Part shown: positions 27,429-36,696 of the stretch, piece after piece
Layout of the letters: the number at the start of each line of letters is the position of its first letter
Numbering within the stretch: the stretch's first letter is position 1
UHGV virus genome: UHGV-1362492
From: a virus
DNA length: 40,541 nucleotides
Direction: 5' to 3' (one strand)
Notes under the pieces: model-generated
Databases searched by the model: none
What the model was told of the DNA's origin: nothing
Seen by the model: only the letters and a program-made list of their open reading frames with translations
Translations under genes and position numbers: made by a program

Positions 27429-27548
27429 AAAAATCACGAAAAACACAATATAAAGTACGAAACATATGTTTTTATACAATATTTAGTGAATAGTACAACC
27501 TTGATATTATACCACTTTTTGTATAAAAATCAAGAAAATCACAATATA
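27429..27548. promoter_or_regulatory. early-promoter region: 24-bp direct repeats (27429-27452, 27525-27548) and inverted repeat tttttatacaa/ttgtataaaaa (27469-27479 / 27519-27529)
   Basis: Read directly. Upstream of 27560 gene. Confidence 0.4.
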
Positions 27549-27559
27549 TAGGAGGAATA

Positions 27560-27904
27560 ATGAACAAGTTAACAGTATTTGAACAAAATGGTCAGCTACT
27601 CACCGACAGTAGAGAAGTAGCAATGACACAAGAAGAACGTAACGAATACTTATTAAAACACGAAAATTTTATTCGCTGCGCTCGGTGCAAAAATTTAATA
27701 CACAGTTCAAATAAATATTGTCAATATTGTGGATGCCCTAATGAAAAAGAAACATTCGACATGGAGTTTCATAACTTGGAATTAATGATTCTTGACGCAG
27801 AGAAAGAAGCAAAAAAATCCGAAAGACTTGCGAATTTTTCCCTCGGATTTTCCATGTTCGTATTGTTATTCAAGATATTTGTAGAATTAGTGATTAAAAA
27901 GTGA
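27560..27904 (+). CDS. hypothetical protein with Rha-like N-terminal 20 aa, zinc-ribbon (CARC…CQYCGC) and C-terminal TM
   Basis: N-terminus MNKLTVFEQNGQLLTDSREVA resembles phage Rha/antirepressor N-termini. Rest unrelated. Confidence 0.4.
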   Translation: MNKLTVFEQNGQLLTDSREVAMTQEERNEYLLKHENFIRCARCKNLIHSSNKYCQYCGCPNEKETFDMEFHNLELMILDAEKEAKKSERLANFSLGFSMFVLLFKIFVELVIKK

Positions 27905-28237
27905 TTTTAAAAAGCTGATAATTTCTGAATGATTTGTAGCGAATTCAAAGAAAAGTGCTATGGAAGAAAGAATGATAGCGATCCATCCTTTAATATCCGC
28001 TTCCTTGGATTTCTTTAAAGCGATACTTGCTTGAACTTTAGAAGCTTTAGCGATCTCTCTTAATGGTGCAATCTGCTTTTCGAGAATTTTTCGTTGCTTT
28101 TCGCTATTATGTGCATTCTTATGCAATAGCTCATAAGGGCTTTCACCGTCATCCCATTCCGTCAGATGAATATCCGGGATGTCGCGGCGCAAATTAGGAG
28201 CAGTAATATCCGGGAAATTTATATCATCTAAATTCAT
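27887..28237 (-). CDS. hypothetical protein with C-terminal TM (start MNLDDINFPD)
   Basis: ATG 28237 after GAAAGGAGAG. Convergent with 27560 gene. Confidence 0.4.
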   Translation of the reverse strand: MNLDDINFPDITAPNLRRDIPDIHLTEWDDGESPYELLHKNAHNSEKQRKILEKQIAPLREIAKASKVQASIALKKSKEADIKGWIAIILSSIALFFEFATNHSEIISFLKSLFNH

Positions 28238-28305
28238 CAAATCTCTCCTTTCGTAATTATTCCGACTGGTGCTCGGTAATTGAATTATAGGAGATAAGGA
28301 AACAA

Positions 28306-28491
28306 ATGACAATAAAGATTCAAAAGGAAAGAGGTGTGGTAAAAATTAACTGGAACAAATTTGCGGAGTTGTTTGAAATTTCCGATGACGAAAAAGAATT
28401 TTTTGAAATGATTTATCGAAGACGCACCATATACAGATGCGTCATAGGAATTCTGATAATCATAATAATCGTGTTGTTATTAACACGATAA
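28306..28491 (+). CDS. small membrane protein
   Basis: 61 aa with C-terminal hydrophobic helix IGILIIIIIVLLL. Confidence 0.3.
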   Translation: MTIKIQKERGVVKINWNKFAELFEISDDEKEFFEMIYRRRTIYRCVIGILIIIIIVLLLTR

Positions 28492-28502
28492 CAGGAGGTA
28501 AT

Positions 28503-29318
28503 ATGAACGAATTAAAAATTTTTAAAAATAAGGAACTTGGTTTAAGTGTAAGAACACTGCCGAATCCAGATGGAAGCATTTCCATTAGCGCAGAAGATAC
28601 TGCCATTGGATTTGGCTGGACGCAAGAGAAGAATGGGAAAATCTATGTGAAATGGGAAAGGCTAAACTCATTTTGTAGAGAAATGGGATTTTCCCCACAA
28701 GTGGGGAAAGATGATTACATTCCAGAATCACTGTTTTATCGTCTTGGAATGAAGGCGAGCAACCCAGTAGCTGAGAAATTTCAAAACTGGCTTGCGATGG
28801 ATGTTATTCCGTCTATCAGAAAGACGGGCTCTTATGAAATGCCAAAGAAGAAGCAAAACAACGAACGTCTCGCCAGTGTCAACAATGCTGTGAAGATTTT
28901 AACGCCGATGCTCCAAGCAGCAGGATGCAACAGTAAAATCCAGCTCCTGACCGCAAAATCACTTTATGAGAAAGCAGGAGTAAATCTTCCAATCACGATT
29001 GAAGCGGATCAGCAGTATGTAGATACGGTACATATCGCAAGACAAGCAAGGCTTTACTTTCAGAGTTCAGGCAAGCCGGCTGATAAAGCCGTGAATGAGA
29101 TCATCCGCAGGTTGGATTTGTCAGAAGATATGTACACGGAAACATGGGAATCCAAGGGAACGTGGCAAGGAACTGTAAGAAAGTATGTGCCGGAAGTGAT
29201 TGGGATGGTAAAGCAGTGGTACGCAAATAATGGATATCCGAGAGAAATCCCATACACGCAGTGCGATGGACAGATAAAGAAATATCATGTGATCGTCAGA
29301 GATTCGGATGCTAATTAA
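28503..29318 (+). CDS. antirepressor, BRO-N domain protein
   Basis: ATG after ACAGGAGGTAAT. N-terminal MNELKIFKNKELGLSVRTL…DTAIGFGW…KW pattern of BRO-N / KilA-N. Confidence 0.6.
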   Translation: MNELKIFKNKELGLSVRTLPNPDGSISISAEDTAIGFGWTQEKNGKIYVKWERLNSFCREMGFSPQVGKDDYIPESLFYRLGMKASNPVAEKFQNWLAMDVIPSIRKTGSYEMPKKKQNNERLASVNNAVKILTPMLQAAGCNSKIQLLTAKSLYEKAGVNLPITIEADQQYVDTVHIARQARLYFQSSGKPADKAVNEIIRRLDLSEDMYTETWESKGTWQGTVRKYVPEVIGMVKQWYANNGYPREIPYTQCDGQIKKYHVIVRDSDAN

Positions 29319-29532
29319 AAACGTAGGACAACATATCTCGGACAATCCAACCTGCATACATAGTAGAGAGGTGATGATTTTGATCGTAGAAACAGTAAAA
29401 GTAAAAAATGCAACAATCCGAGTACATGATGATTGTTATGTGGATCGCACAGAAGAGGAAGTTAAAAAACTTATAGATGGATGTTGCCGGATTATTCAGG
29501 GAGCATTGATACGAAAAGAGAAAACCGCTTAG
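29308..29532 (+). CDS. small hypothetical protein (start uncertain, possibly 29371/29374)
   Basis: ORF only. Confidence 0.25.
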   Translation: MLIKNVGQHISDNPTCIHSREVMILIVETVKVKNATIRVHDDCYVDRTEEEVKKLIDGCCRIIQGALIRKEKTA

Positions 29533-29553
29533 GCGGTAGAAAGGAGGACAAGC

Positions 29554-29742
29554 ATGGTAATTAAAGGAACTTACCATTGCCAGACTACCCACCACCCCAA
29601 CACTTTGAATAGCTGGGATATCCGTTCCGTATCCGTAGAGCCGCCAGAAGAAAAGGACAAGCCTTACTGGCATAAGGTTGCAGCAGCTGTGATCGGGTTC
29701 GTGCTGGCGATGATCGGATGGTGGTTGGTGTTTGGGTATTAA
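29554..29742 (+). CDS. small protein with C-terminal TM helix
   Basis: RBS AGGAGGACAAGC. AAAVIGFVLAMIGWWLVFGY. Confidence 0.35.
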   Translation: MVIKGTYHCQTTHHPNTLNSWDIRSVSVEPPEEKDKPYWHKVAAAVIGFVLAMIGWWLVFGY

Positions 29743-29829
29743 AAATGAGCACCTACAAAAAGGCTGGGGAGCCGTAGGCACTCTAACAAAAAATCAAGAA
29801 TATAGTAACAGATTTTAGGAGGATAAGCA

Positions 29830-30093
29830 ATGGATAGAAAGAAAATACATGAGCTTTTGGATTTAGTTCTTGACATTCAAGATCGCGGAAAAGGCAAAAA
29901 CGGATTCCCGTACATAGAAATTGATTTTTCGAATTTCGGAGACAGAATCTCTTTATACGCTATGAAAAACGGATTTGCGGTAGGTGACTACGATTTAAAC
30001 ATAAAAATCGAGTCGGATTACGCCTTAGATAACGCAATCGATGCAGTCAAAGGATTGCTGGAAATAGCAGTGGATAAGACGGAGGACGAATGA
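29830..30093 (+). CDS. hypothetical protein
   Basis: RBS TAGGAGGATAAGCA. 87 aa. Confidence 0.4.
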   Translation: MDRKKIHELLDLVLDIQDRGKGKNGFPYIEIDFSNFGDRISLYAMKNGFAVGDYDLNIKIESDYALDNAIDAVKGLLEIAVDKTEDE

Positions 30094-30275
30094 TGTATGT
30101 AGGTATCGGACCGGAGAAAGACACGGTAGTAACGGATGACCAAGCATTTGATTACGCACTGGAAAGATGCTTGCATGGGACACCGGATGACCAAAAAGAA
30201 TTTAAAGAAATGCTGGTGGAATGGTTTTACTCCGGGAGTTGGGTAAAGGAAGAAAGCGAGGAAACCTATGCTTAA
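30090..30275 (+). CDS. hypothetical protein
   Basis: 61 aa, overlapping stops/starts with neighbours. Confidence 0.35.
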   Translation: MMYVGIGPEKDTVVTDDQAFDYALERCLHGTPDDQKEFKEMLVEWFYSGSWVKEESEETYA

Positions 30276-30888
30276 AAGCTATGAAGAAATGAGGAAAGTA
30301 GATGTAAAACCATACCTCGAAAAAAGAGATGGTATGGACTATTTAAACTGGGCAATGTGCATTGATTTATTACATAAAAATGGGGCTGAAAATGTTTATT
30401 TTACTCCGATTCCAGACCCAGAAACAGGAAGTAGCCTAAGGATGACAAAAGCGGTGTTTAAAGATAAAAACGGAGTTGAAAATAGATGTTACGAGACCAG
30501 AATCCGTGTTGTGATAGATGATCAAGTGTACGAGATGCAAACACCTGTGATGAATGGGGCAAACCCTGTAAAAGACAACTCTATGAGTCAGCAAAGAGTC
30601 TGGAACAGCATGTGCAGGGCGTTTGTGAAGTGCGTAGCAATACATACCGGCTTAGGGTTCGATTTGTGGCTTAAAGAGGAATACAACAAGATGTATGCTC
30701 AAATACCGGAAACGGGGGAAAACAGAGCGTCTGAAGCGAAAATCAAGACTCTCAAGAATCTATGCGTATCTCACGGCATCAATCTTGAACGCTGGTTGAG
30801 AGAAAACAATAGGACTGAGCAGACACTTACCGAGACAGAAGCTGCAACAATGTTAAGCACAATAAAAAGGACTTACGGTGATGATTGA
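30268..30888 (+). CDS. Rad52-like single-strand annealing protein (Sak/DUF1071-like)
   Basis: DYLNWAMCIDLLHKNGAE and C-terminal KCVAIHTGLGFDLW resemble Sak-family signatures. Recombination-gene neighbourhood. Confidence 0.5.
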   Translation: MLKSYEEMRKVDVKPYLEKRDGMDYLNWAMCIDLLHKNGAENVYFTPIPDPETGSSLRMTKAVFKDKNGVENRCYETRIRVVIDDQVYEMQTPVMNGANPVKDNSMSQQRVWNSMCRAFVKCVAIHTGLGFDLWLKEEYNKMYAQIPETGENRASEAKIKTLKNLCVSHGINLERWLRENNRTEQTLTETEAATMLSTIKRTYGDD

Positions 30889-31427
30889 TGAAATTCACAG
30901 GAAAATTAAAAGGCCGTTTGATAGATTGCCACACCATCCTATTCAAATCCGAAGAGGACTTCCGACAAGCCTATGATGAGTTGAAAGATTATGAGAAATT
31001 AACGCTTGAAATAAAGCCATACAGAGCAAAGAGAAGCCTTGACGCAAACTCTTACTTGTGGGTGTTACTCGATAAATTAGCGGAAAAGTTGGACATCACC
31101 AGGTGGCAAGCGTACCTAAATGAATTAAAATCCCACGGTGCTTTTGAGTACATACCGCTCAGGGAAAAAGATATCTATCTGGCACAGTCAGTGTTCCGAA
31201 TTGTGATAGATCGCGGAGCACAGGAAGTAAAAGACCTAAAAGGGAGAGTTGAAACATTACACACTCTGCAATGCTACAAAGGGTCAAGCAAGTATAACAC
31301 CAAGGAAATGAGCAGACTCATCAAAGGCGTGTTGGAAGATTGCAGAGAGGTTGGAATACCAGATGCAGACCTTTTGACCCCAGATGAAAAAGAAGAGCTT
31401 AGACAAAAATGGGGGATCGAACTGTGA
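30885..31427 (+). CDS. NinB/Orf-family recombination mediator
   Basis: KRSLDANSYLWVLLDKLAE matches lambda Orf RSLDQNRKLWACLGDVS region. Confidence 0.5.
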   Translation: MMKFTGKLKGRLIDCHTILFKSEEDFRQAYDELKDYEKLTLEIKPYRAKRSLDANSYLWVLLDKLAEKLDITRWQAYLNELKSHGAFEYIPLREKDIYLAQSVFRIVIDRGAQEVKDLKGRVETLHTLQCYKGSSKYNTKEMSRLIKGVLEDCREVGIPDADLLTPDEKEELRQKWGIEL

Positions 31428-31804
31428 GTATTGATTACAGTGACATGGCATTCCCAAAGCCGAAGCGAAAGAAAAAGAAAAAAGGTCATCAAAGAGCATC
31501 CGGCAGACCAAAGAAGCTGTGGAGCATATTTACAGAAGATATGGATCACTGCATGTACACAGGAGTTTACGGAGTGGAGCGTCATCATATTTTTAGCCAC
31601 ACATCGAGAGAAATTGAACTTTCGGAAGATTACGGATTCATAGCTCCACTGAGACCGGATCTGCATCCAAACGGAACAAGGGCAGGGGAGAATGCTTCGA
31701 AAGTTGACCGATACTTAAGAAAACGCTGCAAGGAGTATTATTTGCAGCACTACGGAACAGAAGAACAGTTCCGGCAAGAATTTCACTATGTTAGTAAGGG
31801 TTAA
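31409..31804 (+). CDS. hypothetical basic protein
   Basis: 131-aa ORF overlapping end of previous gene. KPKRKKKKK stretch. Confidence 0.35.
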   Translation: MGDRTVSIDYSDMAFPKPKRKKKKKGHQRASGRPKKLWSIFTEDMDHCMYTGVYGVERHHIFSHTSREIELSEDYGFIAPLRPDLHPNGTRAGENASKVDRYLRKRCKEYYLQHYGTEEQFRQEFHYVSKG

Positions 31805-31917
31805 ACCTTTGCTATAAATTGTAACCCGTTCATGGCTGCTGTGTAGTACGTCACAAATACCTTAAGTAAGCCAGATTCATTGTCTCCCGGTAACTCCGGG
31901 AGCAGAAAGGAGAACGA

Positions 31918-32328
31918 ATGATAATTACAATTCCGGGAAAACCCGTTGGAAAAGCAAGGCCAAAATTCCGCAGAGCCGGATTTAAGGTCATTACATATAC
32001 GCCGCCCGCAACCAAGAAATATGAAAAGGAAGTTGCGAGGATTTATAAACAAAGCGCAGGTGTTCTTTATACAGAGATACCTCTGAGAGTTCGAATTTTA
32101 GCGAAATTTCCGATTCCAGAGAGCTGGTCTAAGAAGAACAAGGAGAAAGCTTTAAAAGGCGAAATAAAGCCGAACAAAAAGCCAGACTTAGACAACATTG
32201 CAAAAATCATTCTGGATGGCCTGAATGGAGTCGCATATACGGATGATAAGCAGGTGACCAGTCTGGAGATTGAAAAAGTGTACTCGGACACGCCTTGTGT
32301 GGTTGTCTATATTGCGGAGGATGAGTGA
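31918..32328 (+). CDS. rusA: RusA Holliday-junction resolvase
   Basis: 136 aa. N-terminal IPGKPVGKARPKF and internal KPDLDNIAKIILDGLNGVAYTDDKQV typical of RusA. Confidence 0.7.
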   Translation: MIITIPGKPVGKARPKFRRAGFKVITYTPPATKKYEKEVARIYKQSAGVLYTEIPLRVRILAKFPIPESWSKKNKEKALKGEIKPNKKPDLDNIAKIILDGLNGVAYTDDKQVTSLEIEKVYSDTPCVVVYIAEDE

Positions 32329-33197
32329 TGGCAGAGGTAAAGTGGATCAAGATTACAACGGATATGTTTGATAATCGCAAAATCAAGCATCTGCGGAAAT
32401 TACCGGACGGGAACAATATTGTCTTAATCTGGGTAATGCTGCTTACCATGGCTGGGCGGTGCAATAGTAACGGGATGGTGTTTTTGACACAGAACATCCC
32501 ATACACGCCTAAAATGTTGGCTGATGAACTTGATTTTGAGGAAAATACCGTGAAATTAGCCTTACAATCACTGGAGCAGCTTGAAATGATCGTGATGGAC
32601 AATGGATTTTTTACTATTCCGGGTTGGGAAGAGCACCAGAACGCGGAAGCCCTCGAGAAAATCAGGGAGCAGAACCGGATTAGGAAGCAAAAACAGAGGG
32701 AAAAACAGAAAATTGAGTGTGTCACAGAAATGTCACGTGACGTAAGTGTGACAAATTTGGGAAGTCACGCTACAGATATAGATAAAGAAGAAGATAAAGA
32801 TAAAGAAAGAGATATAAGAGGTAATAGAGTAGATTATCAGCAAATAGCTGATATGTATAATGCCACTTGCGTGTCATTCCCTCGCTTAACACGATTATCC
32901 GAAAAAAGAAAACGAGCAATTAAAGCAAGATTAAGAAAATATTCCATTGATGACATTAAGAGGGGATTTGAGCTTGCAGAGGAAAGTGATTTTCTGAAAG
33001 GGGAAAATAACCGGAATTGGTCGGCAACCTTTGATTGGATGATGAATGATGCAAATATGGCAAAGATTCTGGATGGGAATTATAAAAACAAAGATGCAAA
33101 GCAATCAAAACCGCCAGTAAGCAGAAACCTAAACAACTTTGAGCGCAGAGGATACGATATGGACTCTCTGGAAGAGCAGTTGTTGAAGTCAAATTAA
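32325..33197 (+). CDS. phage replisome organiser / replication initiation protein
   Basis: N-terminus VKWIKITTDMFDNRKIKHL…IVLIWVMLLTMAG resembles replisome-organiser N domain. Confidence 0.55.
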   Translation: MMAEVKWIKITTDMFDNRKIKHLRKLPDGNNIVLIWVMLLTMAGRCNSNGMVFLTQNIPYTPKMLADELDFEENTVKLALQSLEQLEMIVMDNGFFTIPGWEEHQNAEALEKIREQNRIRKQKQREKQKIECVTEMSRDVSVTNLGSHATDIDKEEDKDKERDIRGNRVDYQQIADMYNATCVSFPRLTRLSEKRKRAIKARLRKYSIDDIKRGFELAEESDFLKGENNRNWSATFDWMMNDANMAKILDGNYKNKDAKQSKPPVSRNLNNFERRGYDMDSLEEQLLKSN

Positions 33198-33208
33198 GGA
33201 GGAGCAAA

Positions 33209-33940
33209 ATGAAAGAAGAATTATTTAAAATGGCACAGGAGTGCCTTTCCGAGGAAGAAGTAAAGGAAATCCTCAGAAATAAATTCAAGGAATCAATAGA
33301 ATCGGCAATAGAAAAAACGTTTAGATGGGGAAAAGTAGAAAGTGCACTGAAGAAAAAAATAGAAGAAGTCATGGTGCCGTACATAGAGAAGTATGATTTT
33401 TCGGAATACCTTCCAAAGTTGGATACGGTGCTTACTGAAATTGTAAATTCTGATGCTTGCATTGAGAATAAAAAGATTCTGGAGAATTTTAAGGATTTAT
33501 CAATCAAGCAGGAAGAAAAAGAGATTAAAGTCACGGATCTGTTTGAAGCATGGATTAAAATGTGCGAGAAGAAGATCAGTACAACTGGCCTGGAAGTGGA
33601 GTTTGACGATGGACCATACTACGAATCGGTCGGATGCGAGATGCGAATAGAAGAGAGTGAAAGACCTGTTTGGAGTTCTGTGCATAGGGCGGTGATTGTT
33701 TTCGAAAACGATCATGATGAAGAATTAAACATCGAGATTCCGATATCAAAATGGGATTTTGAAAAAGAGCATACACTTGATAATTTAGGATGTGTGAATA
33801 TCCAGTCTCTTCGATATCTCGGGGAATTTGACATGTTGTTAATGAGATTACAAAGAGCGGGAACGAAAATCATCATAAACGAAATGGAAGCAGGTGGAGA
33901 AATATGTCCAGAGGAAGAGCCGGAAGTAAGTTTCAGTTAG
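33209..33940 (+). CDS. hypothetical acidic protein
   Basis: 243-aa ORF with RBS GGAGGAGCAAA. Confidence 0.4.
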   Translation: MKEELFKMAQECLSEEEVKEILRNKFKESIESAIEKTFRWGKVESALKKKIEEVMVPYIEKYDFSEYLPKLDTVLTEIVNSDACIENKKILENFKDLSIKQEEKEIKVTDLFEAWIKMCEKKISTTGLEVEFDDGPYYESVGCEMRIEESERPVWSSVHRAVIVFENDHDEELNIEIPISKWDFEKEHTLDNLGCVNIQSLRYLGEFDMLLMRLQRAGTKIIINEMEAGGEICPEEEPEVSFS

Positions 33941-33949
33941 GAGGCAAAC

Positions 33950-34078
33950 ATGAACAGAAAAAGATACGGTTTTAGAGTCTATAGGAAACAGTCTACCGGA
34001 TTGAGACACGGAAATATGGATTTGTTTACGCGCGGCAGCACAAAGCGGAAGAGAAAGAACAGGGTGAGAGGGAAATGA
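33950..34078 (+). CDS. small basic protein (42 aa)
   Basis: ATG after TTAGGAGGCAAAC. Stop overlaps next ATG (ATGA). Confidence 0.3.
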   Translation: MNRKRYGFRVYRKQSTGLRHGNMDLFTRGSTKRKRKNRVRGK

Positions 34079-34557
34079 GTAGACAAGCACACTTTCTGGA
34101 TCCGTACAAGTTCCAGATCGGAGAGATGGTAAAACTCGGATGTTCGGATGAGCATATCTGCAGAGTACTTGAGGATATTACTGGAAAAGAAGTGAAAAAG
34201 AGGGTAATAGCAAACAAAAGGATGTGGTTAAGAAAAATGGAAAATAAAAGAAAACAATACGAACCGTACAAGGGAGAAATTAAGTGCATGATCGAATACG
34301 GACTTACGATCCAGAACATCTATGCAGCAATAAGAGAAGAAAGCGGGATCGATGCGAGTATTGAAACGTTTAAAAACTTTTTAAAAGACAATGATATGCT
34401 GCCTGAGTCAAAGAAGCAAGAAACTTCGGTTAAGGATATCTTCGGCAACATTGCAAATTACATGGAGTTTCACGAAGGCTGGGTACGGACCAGTTGCCGA
34501 CTCAACAGGGCGATGTCGAATTCAAACCGGATATTAATGCGGAGGTATTTACAGTAG
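34075..34557 (+). CDS. hypothetical protein
   Basis: 160-aa ORF. Confidence 0.4.
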   Translation: MSRQAHFLDPYKFQIGEMVKLGCSDEHICRVLEDITGKEVKKRVIANKRMWLRKMENKRKQYEPYKGEIKCMIEYGLTIQNIYAAIREESGIDASIETFKNFLKDNDMLPESKKQETSVKDIFGNIANYMEFHEGWVRTSCRLNRAMSNSNRILMRRYLQ

Positions 34558-34632
34558 ACTATAAAAAATAAGCGAAAAATAGAAAGGAGCCAGCCTCCGG
34601 CCGGGGCAAGGGTATACCGGGCTTCTGAGAAA

Positions 34633-35517
34633 ATGGATAAAGAGAAAAAAGCAATCGAAAGAATTAAAATGGCAAGTGAAATGAGTCTGCATCACTATGG
34701 TAGACCGCTTATTTGCACATACAGCGGAGGAAAAGATAGTGATGTGATGTTAGAGATTTTTAAGCGATCCGGAATCCCATTTGAAGTACATAATAGCCAT
34801 ACAACGGCAGATGCGCCGCAGACAGTTCGGCATATTCGGGAGGTATTCCGAGAACTGGAACTGCATGGAATTAAGTGCGAAATAGAAAAACCACGCTATA
34901 AAGGAAAATTGATTAGCATGTGGAGCTTAATTCCAGAAAAGCTTATTCCGCCGACAAGAATTGTAAGATACTGTTGCTCTACGCTGAAAGAAACTGGATG
35001 TGCAAACCGGTATATCGCAACCGGAGTAAGATGGGACGAAAGTACTTCCAGATTGAAAAGGGAAGAGTTTGAAAAGCTCGGACAAACCCAAAAAGAGAAA
35101 GAAAAATTTACGAAGATAATGCTGATGGAGGATAACGATGCACGAAGACGGATGAGTGAGCTATGTATGCAGCAGAAAAAAATGATTGTAAATCCTATAA
35201 TAGATTGGACGCATAGTGATATCTGGGGATATATAAATTCCGAGAAAATAGAGACGTGCGATCTGTACCAGTGCGGATATGACCGTGTTGGTTGCATCGG
35301 ATGTCCGATGGCAGGCAAGAAGCGTTACAAAGAGTTTGCAGATTTTCCAAAGTATAAGCAATTGTATATAAATGCTTTCGACAGGATGTTGAAAGAACGT
35401 GAACGAAGAGGAAAAGAATGTAAGTGGACGACAGGGGAAGAGGTATTTCTTTGGTGGATGGAAGACGAAAACATACCAGGGCAAATGAGTATAGAAGACT
35501 TTATTGCGGAGGAATGA
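34633..35517 (+). CDS. PAPS reductase-like / PP-loop ATP pyrophosphatase family protein
   Basis: PP-loop CTYSGGKDSD near N-terminus. C-terminal Cys cluster CDLYQCGYDRVGCIGCPMA. Confidence 0.6.
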   Translation: MDKEKKAIERIKMASEMSLHHYGRPLICTYSGGKDSDVMLEIFKRSGIPFEVHNSHTTADAPQTVRHIREVFRELELHGIKCEIEKPRYKGKLISMWSLIPEKLIPPTRIVRYCCSTLKETGCANRYIATGVRWDESTSRLKREEFEKLGQTQKEKEKFTKIMLMEDNDARRRMSELCMQQKKMIVNPIIDWTHSDIWGYINSEKIETCDLYQCGYDRVGCIGCPMAGKKRYKEFADFPKYKQLYINAFDRMLKERERRGKECKWTTGEEVFLWWMEDENIPGQMSIEDFIAEE

Positions 35518-35520
35518 CTA

Positions 35521-35931
35521 ATGACGAAAACAGAAGAAACATGGATGGACGGGATCACAACGGAAATGATGGAACATATCTGCGACAACCTGTGCAAGTA
35601 TCCAGATCAGCTAAGTGAAATGGAACTGGAAGATAAATGCGCAGAGTGCAAGATGGGACGGTTTGTGTGCGATATTTTGAACCAGTATAACAAGGTGAAT
35701 GATTTTGTGGACAGCCAGTGTGCGAAGTTGATGAATCAGATGCATGAGTTGAAAGAGCGTGATACGGCGAAAAAGCCAGAAGAAGTAGACTATGAATTAG
35801 GTTATTTCGTTTGCCCAAGTTGCAGAGAGTCAATATGTTTTATTGATGGACATGCAGAAGAGCACGAATGCTGTCTGAAGTGCGGCCAGAGATTAGATTG
35901 GAGCGAGGAATATCATGATGGGAAGATGTAA
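35521..35931 (+). CDS. Cys-rich (zinc/Fe-S-like) protein
   Basis: 136 aa with ~14 Cys in CxxC-like pairs (CAECKMGRFVCD, CPSCRESICF, CCLKCGQ). Confidence 0.4.
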   Translation: MTKTEETWMDGITTEMMEHICDNLCKYPDQLSEMELEDKCAECKMGRFVCDILNQYNKVNDFVDSQCAKLMNQMHELKERDTAKKPEEVDYELGYFVCPSCRESICFIDGHAEEHECCLKCGQRLDWSEEYHDGKM

Positions 35932-36064
35932 ATTAACAAGTATATGCGGACACGATTATTGCTGCATAGAATGTCCGGACAACGATATTTGTAATATACA
36001 GTGTGCAGATGAGGACATGTATGAGTATTGTGTGGAGTGTCCGGAATATGAGGAGGTGGAATAG
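35915..36064 (+). CDS. small Cys-rich ORF (49 aa)
   Basis: MMGRCKLTSICGHDYCCIECPDNDICNIQCADEDMYEYCVECPEYEEVE. Overlaps previous stop. Below ORF-track cut-off. Confidence 0.3.
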   Translation: MMGRCKLTSICGHDYCCIECPDNDICNIQCADEDMYEYCVECPEYEEVE

Positions 36065-36508
36065 ATGAGAGAAGTTCTTTTCAAAGCAAAGAGAAAAGAC
36101 AATGGTGAATGGGTGGAAGGGTATGTTGTTGCATATCCTTCTGGAAAAGTGGAAATACACAAAATTAGCAAAGAATTACCAGATATATTACTAAAATGCG
36201 AGATTGCTCCAAGTACTTTATGCCAGTACACCGGACTTACCGACAAAAACGATAAGAAGATCTGGGAGAATGATATTCTCAGATATAGTTATGACTATGA
36301 TGGAAGTCCGTTTTTAAAAGATGGCGAAGAGATAAAATATCGTGTAGGTGCTGTGTTTTGGAGCGAATGGAGGGGATCATGGGCAGTATGTGGACGAGGA
36401 AATAAAAAATGCACCAATAACGATGTTTTTAAATATAATCGGAATCCAAATAGAACGGAAGTTATCGGAAACATTTTTGACAATCCAGAGCTGTTGGAGG
36501 TGGAGTGA
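36065..36508 (+). CDS. YopX-family protein
   Basis: TGLTDKNDKKIWENDIL…IGNIFDNPELL is the characteristic YopX pattern. Confidence 0.65.
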   Translation: MREVLFKAKRKDNGEWVEGYVVAYPSGKVEIHKISKELPDILLKCEIAPSTLCQYTGLTDKNDKKIWENDILRYSYDYDGSPFLKDGEEIKYRVGAVFWSEWRGSWAVCGRGNKKCTNNDVFKYNRNPNRTEVIGNIFDNPELLEVE

Positions 36509-36696
36509 TGAACGTATTAGAGAAAATCATAGAAGAAATCGAATCCATGAAAAATGACGCCTACGAAACCTTGAAGGAAGAAAAGCGAAAACACGGAGCG
36601 AGCAAAACAGCGAAAGAGCTGGAAAGCTATATTTATGGGCTGACTTGTGCAGTAGATGTCGTAGAGAAGTATGTGGATAAGGAGGATACGGAATGA
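36505..36696 (+). CDS. hypothetical protein (N-terminus paralogous to next gene)
   Basis: MNVLEKIIEEIES vs next gene MNVLEKILEEKEI. Confidence 0.35.
   Translation: MMNVLEKIIEEIESMKNDAYETLKEEKRKHGASKTAKELESYIYGLTCAVDVVEKYVDKEDTE

Noticed and set aside
32207-32725. 172-aa minus-strand ORF over rusA/replisome-organiser junction
   Set aside because: Antisense to two recognisable + strand genes.
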